Below are positions 50,221-58,706 of a stretch of DNA of 64,000 nucleotides, piece by piece (position 1 is the stretch's first letter; every line of letters starts with the position of its first letter). Below the pieces are notes generated by a model. The model was not told the origin of the DNA, searched no databases, and saw only the letters and a program-made list of their open reading frames with translations. Source of the stretch: Candidatus Poribacteria bacterium (lineage in GTDB: Bacteria; Poribacteria; WGA-4E; WGA-3G). Made by a program: the position numbers and the translations under genes. The DNA is taken from NCBI GenBank assembly GCA_965247285.1, contig CBDFHD010000002.1, positions 548,632-612,631 of the forward strand, written 5' to 3'.

Positions 50221-51318
50221 TTATGTATCACCGAGAATTGCCTCATAAATTTGAGCATATCCACTTCGATCGGATGTGAATACAACATGCTTGCCATCCG
50301 GACTGAAAGACGGATGTGGATGTGTATGCTGTGGTGCGTAAACCTGAATTGGACCAGCGGCATACGGGAACGGTCCGTTCCAATGCTCGCCAATAGACGA
50401 GGCGTTGGGATAGCATAACGTCTGAGGTTCGCCAATACCATCACGTGGATCGAAAATTTGGATACCAATATCTGGGAAGTTAGTGTCTGCTACCATAAGT
50501 GTTCCAGCAGAATTACTAATGGCATGCCATGCGTTGAACGTTGTCACTTGTCGGGCTATTCCGGTATCGGCGTTGATACACCTCACGCCGCGGGGCCAAT
50601 CGACAAAAGCGAGTTCACGCGTTCCTGGGATCCAGGTTTCATGTGTGATCCATTCGTTCTTTTCGACGTTACGGGCATAGAGACGACGGTTACCCGTTCC
50701 GTCGCGATGGATTACCCACACTCGATCAGTAAGGGGACCCGCATAGTAGAGCAGGTTGGAATCGTCGGGACAGAATTGAAGGTGTCCGATACTCTCTCTC
50801 CGCAAGATGATATCGTGCCCGCCGGTGTCTGTGTCTATAATAGCGAGTGCGGATTCTTTACCGATGTTGAATCTGACAGCCCACCATCGATTATCGTGAC
50901 TCAAGGCGGTAGTGCCCATAGCGGCGGCTACCATACCTTCTTCCCGCATCGCCGTTGCTGCGAAATTGACAAGTTCGTGCGCTTCAAGCGTCTCCAAATC
51001 TACTTTCCATCCGCTTGTGCCTGCTGTGAAGTAGACTGCTTTTCCATCGCGCGAGGGATGCACCGACCACTCGGCGAGGTCAGGTCTATCTGTTAATTGG
51101 CGGAGTTCACCCGTGGTGCGTTCTTCTGCGAATATCTGCGGTGTCCCTGTTCGGTATGAGACAAATATGAGCCGTTGCATCGCGTCGTCATACGCAGGTA
51201 TGATGAAGAATGGATGGTGGTGCAGCGCGGATGCAGTCGTCACCTGTCGGATTTGTGTTCCGGTGCGTTGGTCGACAAAGGTTCGAGATTCAGAAGGATG
51301 AACTGTGCCTTTCGCCAT
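50221..51318 (-). CDS. beta-propeller protein, oligogalacturonide-lyase-like / TolB-like
   Basis: Start moved to ATG 51318 (MAKGTVHPSE...), which has the conserved leader CCGCAAGGAAAATTAAAAGA upstream. The ORF-track 5' extension to 51390 is probably not translated. Confidence 0.45.
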   Translation of the reverse strand: MAKGTVHPSESRTFVDQRTGTQIRQVTTASALHHHPFFIIPAYDDAMQRLIFVSYRTGTPQIFAEERTTGELRQLTDRPDLAEWSVHPSRDGKAVYFTAGTSGWKVDLETLEAHELVNFAATAMREEGMVAAAMGTTALSHDNRWWAVRFNIGKESALAIIDTDTGGHDIILRRESIGHLQFCPDDSNLLYYAGPLTDRVWVIHRDGTGNRRLYARNVEKNEWITHETWIPGTRELAFVDWPRGVRCINADTGIARQVTTFNAWHAISNSAGTLMVADTNFPDIGIQIFDPRDGIGEPQTLCYPNASSIGEHWNGPFPYAAGPIQVYAPQHTHPHPSFSPDGKHVVFTSDRSGYAQIYEAILGDT

Positions 51319-51410
51319 TCTTTTAATTTTCCTTGCGGTTAAACGACGTGGTCTGTCTTTGAGCGTCCTTTTCTTAAATCCGTCTTCCATTTCATTTCAG
51401 ACTACGTTTT
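51319..51410 (-). repeat. leader-family element copy providing the 5' leader of the 50221..51318 gene
   Basis: Minus strand reads CGTAGTCTGAAATGAAATGGAAGACGG...CGTTTAACCGCAAGGAAAATTAAAAGA-ATG. Confidence 0.6.
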
Positions 51411-51610
51411 TGTTACTACTTTAATTTGGTTCCTTGATAACGCTGGGTCTCCTATAATTCAGACTACACAGATGCCACCGCTACAGGACTGAAGAGGGAT
51501 ACCTGTTGGAAGCAAAACAGAAACGGAATCCTTACATTGTCCCGTAAGCCTCTATAGGCTTGCATAGGGTCGGCGGGGATGGTGCCCCGCCAGACCAATC
51601 ATTGAATTTC

Positions 51611-52609
51611 TTATTCTTCAAAGGCGGCATCAAAGGCAACAGCAGAAGGTTCAAAATCATAACCCTTGACAGCACCACACGATTCGCGTGCGCCGTGTTC
51701 TCTGTCCATGCCGCTGTCCTCCCACTCAATGGAGAGTGGACCGTCGTATTCCATGTGGTTGAGGGCGCGGATGATTTCTTCGAAGTTAATATTACCACGA
51801 CCGATAGAACGGAAGTCCCAATTTCTCCGGGCATCCCCGAAGTTCAGATGTCCGCCGAATACACCCGATAAGCGGGGTGTATCTGCCCACCAGACATCTT
51901 TCATGTGGACGTGATAAATCCGATCACTCAGTCGTTCAAGGAATGCTACATAGTCAACGCCTTGATAGCCGAGATGGCTTGGGTCGTAGTTAAATCCGAA
52001 CGCTTCTCTACCGTTGACCGCCTCAATGGCACGTTCTGCGGTGACGATGTCAAAGGCAATTTCGGTCGGATGAACTTCGAGTCCAAATTTGACACCGACT
52101 TCATCAAAGACATCGAAAATCGGGTTCCAGCGGTTGGCGAAATCTTCAAAACCGGCATCAATTTGTCCTGGGTCGTTCGGAGGAAAAGAGTACAGAAGAT
52201 GCCATATTGAGCTACCGGTGAAACCGTTGACGACACTTACACCAAGTTTCGCGGCGGCTCGCGCTGTGTTTTTCATCTCTTCGGCGGCGCGTTCTTGAAC
52301 GCCTGCAGGATCTCCGTCACCCCAGATCGCCTCTGACACGATGCCTTGATGTCGGCCGTCAATATTATCGCAGACTGCCTGTCCGACAAGGTGATTACTG
52401 ATTGCCCAAACTTTGAGTCCGTATTTTGCGAGTAGATCGTGTCTGCCTTGGCAGTAACTATCGTCTGTGAGTGCCTTGTCAACTTCAAAATGATCGCCCC
52501 AACAGGCGAGTTCTAAGCCATCATAGCCCCATCCACTCGCTTTTTCTGCTAATGCCTCTAATGTTAAGTCTGCCCATTGGCCTGTAAAGAGTGTTACAGG
52601 TCTTGCCAT
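51611..52609 (-). CDS. sugar phosphate isomerase/epimerase (xylose-isomerase-like TIM barrel)
   Basis: AP-endonuclease-2 / xylose-isomerase-like pattern ([12 protein letters not shown]..., HVHMKD). Confidence 0.75.
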   Translation of the reverse strand: MARPVTLFTGQWADLTLEALAEKASGWGYDGLELACWGDHFEVDKALTDDSYCQGRHDLLAKYGLKVWAISNHLVGQAVCDNIDGRHQGIVSEAIWGDGDPAGVQERAAEEMKNTARAAAKLGVSVVNGFTGSSIWHLLYSFPPNDPGQIDAGFEDFANRWNPIFDVFDEVGVKFGLEVHPTEIAFDIVTAERAIEAVNGREAFGFNYDPSHLGYQGVDYVAFLERLSDRIYHVHMKDVWWADTPRLSGVFGGHLNFGDARRNWDFRSIGRGNINFEEIIRALNHMEYDGPLSIEWEDSGMDREHGARESCGAVKGYDFEPSAVAFDAAFEE

Positions 52610-52759
52610 AGTGTATCTCCTTCATAATTGCCCCAACTTCGGGGTAATTTCTTGCCTGGTGCTGTATCAACTTTCTTTTTCTGTAGGAGCGAGCTCCAGC
52701 TCGCGAGGCCTACATCACAAATAGAGTTCCAGACACTTGGCAGATAGATAGAACAAAGA

Positions 52760-53590
52760 CTAAGTCTGTTCTTTTAAACGCTCAAGCTCCTCTCGGAGTT
52801 GTGCGATCTCCATTTCCGCTTTCTGGCGTGCCGAGGCTTCCTGTTCAGCGCGTGTTTCAGCCGTTTGTGCGCGTGTGGCTTCCTGTTCAGCGCGTGTTTC
52901 AGCCGTTTGTGCGCGTGTGGCTTCCTGTTCAGCGCGTGTTTCAGCCGTTTCAGCTCGTGCTAATGCTAACTCCGCGTATGCTAATGCTGACTCCGCCGGC
53001 GTTTGCAGCCAATTATCCCCAACCGGATCGTAAATACCTAAACCCACATCACCAACATAGAAATCTAAACCGAGAGCAGTGGAGTGCAGACCCCCATTTG
53101 GACCTGCCGAAATCGGGACATACGAACCATCAACCAAGGTAAAACCCATTATAGGCGACGGTAAATATAGACCCTCCGCATCATACAAGAAATAGTCTTG
53201 GATCCCCAATAAAGCGTAGAGTTCCATCTTGTGACCTAAGTCGTTGCGATAGGTGCTTTTGCTGGAAAACTCCATCACAAAATCAGGTACCTTTCCCTCC
53301 TCCCAGACGAGATACGTCCGTCGGAGTTTCTTACCTAAGCCAAAAGCGACCAGAACATCCGGCGAAACCGATTTACGCGGGTCTCCTTCCACGTAATACA
53401 TGAGTATATCACCAGAGATATAGACCCCTGGATTTTCTTCAAAATGGGTGTCAAGGACTTGTAAAGTCCGCATGAGGATACGCCTGTGAAGGTCGCTGAC
53501 GGCCATGGGTTTTCCATCCTCTTCGGGGTAAAGTTCCGCGTCCTCTGTAGGGGCGTAGGGGATATGATTCCTGTTTCTGTAGGTGTCCAT
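52760..53590 (-). CDS. Uma2-family (DUF820) putative restriction-endonuclease-like protein with repetitive C-terminal tail
   Basis: Start moved to ATG 53590 (SD GGAGGG; MDTYRNRNHIPYAPTEDAELYPEEDGKPMAVSDLHRR...). C-terminus is (AETRAEQEATRAQT)n, then coiled-coil. Confidence 0.6.
   Translation of the reverse strand: MDTYRNRNHIPYAPTEDAELYPEEDGKPMAVSDLHRRILMRTLQVLDTHFEENPGVYISGDILMYYVEGDPRKSVSPDVLVAFGLGKKLRRTYLVWEEGKVPDFVMEFSSKSTYRNDLGHKMELYALLGIQDYFLYDAEGLYLPSPIMGFTLVDGSYVPISAGPNGGLHSTALGLDFYVGDVGLGIYDPVGDNWLQTPAESALAYAELALARAETAETRAEQEATRAQTAETRAEQEATRAQTAETRAEQEASARQKAEMEIAQLREELERLKEQT
52836..52961. repeat. perfect tandem repeat, 42 bp x 3 (third copy diverges at its end), inside the Uma2 C-terminal coding region
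   Basis: GGCTTCCTGTTCAGCGCGTGTTTCAGCCGTTTGTGCGCGTGT repeated; read from sequence. Confidence 0.85.
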
Positions 53591-53660
53591 CAGTGTCCCT
53601 CCCATTTCGTGAGATACCTGAATACACGAGCATTTTGTTCTATATAACCTTACGAAAAGA

Positions 53661-54833
53661 TTATGCCGGCGGCGCATACCTCGCATCGATCCACGCGCGT
53701 TGTTTACCGCTGTCGACAGCCGCATTGATGAAATGTACCCCGCGAGCCCCATCTTGAACGGTTGGAAAATCTGTGTCGAATTCAGTCGGGGTTTCGCCTG
53801 ATATTTTTGCGGCTATTGTCCGCCCTGCGTTTACATAAACATTTGCGAATGCCTCAATGAACGCTTCAGGGTGTCCGAAGGGTATCCGCGAATTGTGTTG
53901 GACGACCTCCGACAGATAATCGTTCCCACGTTTGTAAACATGTTCGGGACCATCTGGAAAACGGACATAGAGGTAGTTCGGATTTTCTTGTTGCCATTCC
54001 AGCGACGCGTCAGTGCCGTAGACACGGATACGCAAATTGTTCTCTTCACCTACCGAGATTTGTGACGCATAAAGTACCCCGCGGACTCCGTTTTCATAGT
54101 GCACGAGTAGGTTTCCATCGTCTTCTAACAAGCGTCCCTCTACAAAAGTGGTCATATCCGCACAGATTTCTTCGATGTCGAGTCCTGTGATATAGTGTGC
54201 CAAATTCTCGGCGTGGGAACCGATGTCCCCGATACACGAGGAGGCACCCGCTTGATTCGGATCGGTACGCCAGACGGCTTGTTTCGCGCCTTCGTTCTCT
54301 AAAAATGTGGCGAGCCAGCCTTGAGGGTATTCTACGACGATTTTGCGAAGTTTTCCGAGTTTTCCGTCTTTCACGAGTTCGCGTGCCTGCTTCACCATCG
54401 GATAGCCTGTGTAGTTGTGTGTGAGCGCAAAAACGACATCGTGTTCTTTGACGAGGCTGCATAGCGTTTCAGCATCGGCGACTGTCGTTGTCATCGGTTT
54501 ATCACAGACGACATGAAACCCGGCTTCAATAAAGGTTTTGGCGACATCGAAATGGATATGGTTCGGTGTCACAATTGAGACGAAGTCAATGCGTTCGCCA
54601 TCGGGTAGCTGACGCTCTTTCTCTGCCATTTCTTGGTAAGACCCGTAGACTCGATTTGCATCGAGGAAGAGTTCAGCACCTTGTTGTCGGGATTTTTCGG
54701 GTGATGATGAAAACGCACCCGCAACGAGTTCAATTTCTCCGTCAAGTGCTGCGGCTTTACGATGGACGGCACCGATAAACGCGTCCGGTCCACCACCTAC
54801 CATGCCGTAACGTATTTTCCTGTTCAGTGGCAT
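53661..54833 (-). CDS. Gfo/Idh/MocA family oxidoreductase
   Basis: IRYGMVGGGPDAFIGAVH Rossmann motif; CDKPM motif. Confidence 0.85.
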   Translation of the reverse strand: MPLNRKIRYGMVGGGPDAFIGAVHRKAAALDGEIELVAGAFSSSPEKSRQQGAELFLDANRVYGSYQEMAEKERQLPDGERIDFVSIVTPNHIHFDVAKTFIEAGFHVVCDKPMTTTVADAETLCSLVKEHDVVFALTHNYTGYPMVKQARELVKDGKLGKLRKIVVEYPQGWLATFLENEGAKQAVWRTDPNQAGASSCIGDIGSHAENLAHYITGLDIEEICADMTTFVEGRLLEDDGNLLVHYENGVRGVLYASQISVGEENNLRIRVYGTDASLEWQQENPNYLYVRFPDGPEHVYKRGNDYLSEVVQHNSRIPFGHPEAFIEAFANVYVNAGRTIAAKISGETPTEFDTDFPTVQDGARGVHFINAAVDSGKQRAWIDARYAPPA

Positions 54834-55427
54834 CTTACGTGTTTTCTCCTTTACTGTGTAATAAATATGGGCTTGTAAGCTTCGCCCTATAAGGATATTT
54901 TGATTCCAAAATACATTATCTCATATTTGAGTGTTTTTTTCAAGATTTTTGTTCAGAAGCATTCAGTTATCAGCACTCAATAAGGTCGCAATAACGGAGC
55001 AGAAGCATTCAGTTCTTCTGTAGGAGGGAACTCCGATTCCCGACAGACTCCAGTAAAGGATAAGAAAATGCTGTGAGCTTCAGAGGATTCAGAGTAAAAT
55101 CTGAAAAGTGGTGGGTTCAAAAAAAGTTGTGAATATAGACAATGACTGGGTTTCGAGTGGTTTTGATAGGAGATTTCTGAAACGCTTACTCTGAAACTTC
55201 AGTTCTTATGGATAACAGATGGGAAAAAAATAATTTTCTGTAAAGTGTAACATTTTTTCAGATGTTCTGAAAGCCTCGCGTTTCTTGTGGTGTATCGTGG
55301 TGTTAACAGTGGTCTGAAAGCACTACAAATATTATACTATATTTATCAATAGTTTTTCAAGATAAAAGTCAGAGCCATTAACATCAGGTAATCCGTGAAG
55401 GGGACGTTTTTTGTTTCACTGCCATAT

Positions 55428-56225
55428 CTAAGAGGGAGTTAGCATTGCGGCTATGTCTTCCGGTAGTTTAATCTCATGTTTCTGCTCAAAGTCGGCAACG
55501 TTTTCATAGTCTTTGCGAAACTGTTCAGTGATGATATTTTCCTGCTTGTCTCTGGCAGTCGTAAGATCTTCTTTGGATTTTTCCCATTCTTGCAAGCGTA
55601 CAAACATCATACCGCGATTGTAGTATGGCTCTGCTAAATCGGGTTTGCGTTCTATCGCCACGTTATAGTCTTTGATGGCACGTTCATACTCGCCTTTTTT
55701 ACTGTAGACATTACCACGATTGTTGTAGGGATGGACAAGGTCAGGTCTCAGTTCTATTGCTTTGGTATAATCTATGATTGCGAGATCATACTCTTCTCTT
55801 TCATAGTAAACAATACCACGGTTGTAATAGGCGTAAGCAAAACTGGGATCAAGTTCTATTGCTGTGTTATAGTCTTTAATAGCAGGCTCTATCTCACCTT
55901 TGAGTTTATAAACTATCCCGCGATTGTTATAGGCTTCTGGCAAATTTGGGTCAAGTCTTATCGCTGTGTTACAATCTTCAAATGCGCGATCATAGTCCTT
56001 TTTCATGCGGTAAGCTGCGCCGCGATTGCTGTATGCCTCGGCATAGTTTTCCTTGCGCCTAATAGCTGTGTTGAAGTCTTCAATAGCGCGGTCAATTTCA
56101 CCTTTATTACCATAAGCGATGCCACGATAGTTATAGGGTGTGGCAAAACTTGGTCTTTCTATAATTAGTTTGGTAAAACGTTGGATGGTGCTATCGTTAG
56201 GATCCTGTACAACTTCGGGCTTCAT
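55428..56225 (-). CDS. TPR-repeat protein (cytoplasmic)
   Basis: Seven or eight canonical 34-aa TPR units (AYxNRGxxYxxKGEYDRAIxDYNxAIxLxP). Confidence 0.85.
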   Translation of the reverse strand: MKPEVVQDPNDSTIQRFTKLIIERPSFATPYNYRGIAYGNKGEIDRAIEDFNTAIRRKENYAEAYSNRGAAYRMKKDYDRAFEDCNTAIRLDPNLPEAYNNRGIVYKLKGEIEPAIKDYNTAIELDPSFAYAYYNRGIVYYEREEYDLAIIDYTKAIELRPDLVHPYNNRGNVYSKKGEYERAIKDYNVAIERKPDLAEPYYNRGMMFVRLQEWEKSKEDLTTARDKQENIITEQFRKDYENVADFEQKHEIKLPEDIAAMLTPS

Positions 56226-56259
56226 GTTTATGTCTCCGTTATGTTTGGTATTGAGTGTA

Positions 56260-56943
56260 TCAAGTCTTCAAAGTATCTTCAATCAACTCCATTTCGGCTT
56301 GATAAATTCCTATAGAGGTTTTCTGGTGGCTGCTCTGGTCTCTAATGAACCCGTGGAGATCGTTGTAGACGGTCTGTGTTGAGATACCGTGCTGTTTTTG
56401 CAGATGATCTAATATCGGTTCTTTGAGCGATTTAGGAATGTCAATGACATCATACTGTCCTGATTCGAGAAAACCTTTGGGAGGTCGAACAAATATGCTT
56501 TTCTGTGTTATGACACGGTTTCTTGGATTCTGTGGTTCCCTAATTTTGTAATCTTCATTTGTCTTTTCAGTTCTTTGAAATAAAATTATCCTGCCGGGTT
56601 TGTCAAGGAAGCCGTCGCATGCGAAGAAAAGGGCTATGTGGTTATCGGTTGTAAAGTCTATTAGATTGGTATGGCCGCCGTAGTGTTGAAGTTCCGTCAA
56701 GATTTCAAAGGGATCTGTTTCGTGGGTATAGTCTTTCGCTGCTTCGAGCATTCGCTCTTGGATGGCTTCTATACCAAACTCCTCTGTCCCAATTTCTTCC
56801 CGGCATTCACGCCACAGGCTTGAAGATACCTTCTCATAATGTTGAGGTTCGCCGCGATAGATGAAGTCACCATCGGCGGTCATTTCTGCTATCCTACCGA
56901 TTATCTCCAAAATCCTGTTCAGTTCGGTTTCTTGTGTGTTCAA
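56260..56943 (-). CDS. FRG-domain protein
   Basis: FIYRGEPQHYEKVSSSLWR ... LQHYGGHTNLIDFTTDNHIALFFA matches the FRG signature (FRGq...L.PS..R ... AQHYG.PT.LLDwT.sp.vAl.FA). Confidence 0.65.
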   Translation of the reverse strand: MNTQETELNRILEIIGRIAEMTADGDFIYRGEPQHYEKVSSSLWRECREEIGTEEFGIEAIQERMLEAAKDYTHETDPFEILTELQHYGGHTNLIDFTTDNHIALFFACDGFLDKPGRIILFQRTEKTNEDYKIREPQNPRNRVITQKSIFVRPPKGFLESGQYDVIDIPKSLKEPILDHLQKQHGISTQTVYNDLHGFIRDQSSHQKTSIGIYQAEMELIEDTLKT

Positions 56944-57036
56944 ACGCTGTTCTCCACGATATGGATTCTTTCCGATATTAAATCATACAAGAAATAGACA
57001 ATCAGCATCGCGTCTAATCCGCGCGGCGCGAATTGA

Positions 57037-57264
57037 TCAGAAGATAAGGTCATCACCGCTTACCTCGGACAAGTCTAATACCGAAGGGTTTTCTGTTTTA
57101 AGTTTCTCAGCATAAATATCGTCCCATGTCTGTTGAGTGTAGGGACGGATTAATATGCCATTGTCTACCCTTTCGATCACGACACACGATTCTAACCCTA
57201 ATTCCTTCACCCAGTCGAGGGGCAATTTGATTTTATGATCAGTCTCTAATGAAAGTGTTTTCAT
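57037..57264 (-). CDS. AbrB/MazE/SpoVT-type swapped-hairpin DNA-binding protein (antitoxin-like)
   Basis: KIKLPLDWVKELGLESCVVIERVDNGILIRP; 75 aa. Confidence 0.45.
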   Translation of the reverse strand: MKTLSLETDHKIKLPLDWVKELGLESCVVIERVDNGILIRPYTQQTWDDIYAEKLKTENPSVLDLSEVSGDDLIF

Positions 57265-57342
57265 AATATCTACCTCTTCCTATAAGCAGTTAGAGAAAGT
57301 ATATCACGACTTGCGGTGAATTCTCAATTGTTTTAGTAGAAT

Positions 57343-57463
57343 AGGACTTACGCACGTTGCTCTTTTGTAGCATAACCTGTTAGGTTGTGTCAAGAAACCG
57401 TCTGCGTTTTTTACACGATCTCTCTTTCAAGGCGCGGGCGATGCTCAAAATTGCGTAAGTCCT
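57343..57463. mobile_element. MITE-like element family A, second copy (perfect 12-bp TIRs AGGACTTACGCA / TGCGTAAGTCCT)
   Basis: About 97 percent identical to 13440..13560. Confidence 0.7.
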
Positions 57464-57487
57464 ATAGAAAATTTCTAATTGACGAAT

Positions 57488-57610
57488 TAGAGATTCGGTG
57501 TTTTTTGTCTGAATCGCAGATTTACGCGGATTGGCTCGGATGACGCGGATTATTGTCTGAATCGCGGATTGTCGCGGATGACGCAGATTTCGCGGATTGA
57601 AGAGGTTATT
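57488..57610. repeat. two GTCTGAATCGC-anchored arrays of degenerate tandem nonamers (CGCGGATTA / ACGCGGATG-like)
   Basis: gtctgaatcgcagatttacgcggattggctcggatgacgcggattatt and gtctgaatcgcggattgtcgcggatgacgcagatttcgcggatt read from sequence. Confidence 0.7.
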
Positions 57611-58030
57611 CTATCGCCGCCATCCACCTGTGGATCCGTGATTGGGTTGTGTGAGAATCAATCTTTTTATTTCTAAGCTTTTCGACCCGAAATTGAGTAA
57701 TAAGCCTATTTCTAAGCGATACGCCTTCAGGTAGTTTAATATCTGTGCCTCATGCACATCTTCCAGGGCAGAGATTGCTTTTAATTCCACCAACACTTCT
57801 CCTGCTACTACAAAATCTGCTCTGCGAGTACCGATTGGCTCTTGGAAATCTTTATAAAAAATATCCTGTTCAATTTCGCGAGCGAATTCCAGCCCTGCTT
57901 TTCTCATTTCTATAGCCAACGCTCGCTGATAAATTACCTCTTGAAAACTGTTACCCATAAACTTATGTACCTCAAATGCAGCTCCAATAATCTTTTGCGT
58001 TATATTCTGATGTTTCAGGTTATTGTTCAT
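57611..58030 (-). CDS. GxxExxY protein (PD-(D/E)XK-like nuclease superfamily)
   Basis: IIGAAFEVHKFMGNSFQEVIYQRALAIEMRKAGL...GTRRADFVV..EVLVELKA matches the GxxExxY family pattern. Confidence 0.7.
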   Translation of the reverse strand: MNNNLKHQNITQKIIGAAFEVHKFMGNSFQEVIYQRALAIEMRKAGLEFAREIEQDIFYKDFQEPIGTRRADFVVAGEVLVELKAISALEDVHEAQILNYLKAYRLEIGLLLNFGSKSLEIKRLILTQPNHGSTGGWRR

Positions 58031-58057
58031 TTATTTGGGGTATCCTTTTATATGTCT

Positions 58058-58362
58058 GAATCGCGGATTACATGGATTACACGGATTGCGCGGATTATTG
58101 ACTTGGCATATCTGAACCTCGCTTTCACAAAAACACATGTCTGAATCAGGGGTGACATGGATTTCTCGGATTTTTTATCCTTGCCCATTCCAAATTTACT
58201 TTCACAAAAGACGTTTGAATCGCATAACACTTAATGAAGAAAAGTCTATACTTTTTTCACCAAGATTGCCTAAAGCGTATTTTACTACAGAGCGGACACG
58301 GATAACGAAAACACAAAAATCCGTGTAATCCGCGCAATCCGCGTAATCCGCGATTCAGACAA
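58058..58362. repeat. GTCTGAATC-anchored GGATTAC(A/G)(C/T) nonamer arrays plus an approximately 80-bp tandem duplicated unit, closed by an inverted copy (58316..58362)
   Basis: gtctgaatcgcggattacatggattacacggattgcgcggattatt ...; second unit gtctgaatcagggg...ctttcacaaaagacg; inverted copy aaatccgtgtaatccgcgcaatccgcgtaatccgcgattcagacaa. Confidence 0.7.
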
Positions 58363-58376
58363 TTTATTCCACCGCA

Positions 58377-58480
58377 CCCTCCACAATCGCAATCTCATCG
58401 GGGGTTAAATCGTATAAGGTGTATACCAGATGGTCAATCTCATTTTCGAGATTGGAAATGTCTACATAGGATTGCCTGTT
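58377..58480 (-). pseudogene. remnant 3' end of a TaqI_C-type methyltransferase gene (encodes ...SYVDISNLENEIDHLVYTLYDLTPDEIAIVEGAVE then stop)
   Basis: Manual minus-strand translation. About 85 percent nt identity to the 3' end and downstream repeat of the 62320..62782 gene (direct repeat 58321..58460 versus 62272..62420). Confidence 0.6.
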
Positions 58481-58516
58481 AGGATAAGCGTTAGGTTTGT
58501 GTATTCGGGGTTTGTT

Positions 58517-58630
58517 GTCAGAATCGCGGATTACCGCGGATTACACGGATTACGCAGATTTTAAGAGTGCCTCTGCTCGTAGTAGCGCGATTCATCGCGG
58601 CTCTTTCTGAATCTCGGATTACGCGGGTTG
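58517..58630. repeat. further GTCAGAATCGCGGATTACCGCGGATTACACGGATTACGCAGATT nonamer array, plus CTGAATCTCGGATTACGCGGG
   Basis: Read from sequence. Confidence 0.7.
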
Positions 58631-58706
58631 GAAATCTGCCATCAGTAATATGTAACCTCTGATATTCCGGTACCAGCGGCGCGAAGTAATTAACTTTCTC
58701 GTCATA

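Noticed and set aside
51319-51390. 5' extension of the beta-propeller gene to 51390 and of the UxuA-like gene to 46128, as given in the ORF track
   Set aside because: In both genes the conserved leader AAGGAAAATTAAAA(A/G)-ATG sits immediately upstream of an internal ATG (51318 and 46086), so the extensions would read through the repeat element. The shorter starts are preferred.
57480-58640. Possible CRISPR array suggested by the short direct GGATTACGC-type repeats
   Set aside because: Repeat units are 9 nt, mostly contiguous and degenerate, with no unique spacers of 25-40 nt and no cas genes nearby. They are micro-satellite-like arrays, not CRISPR.
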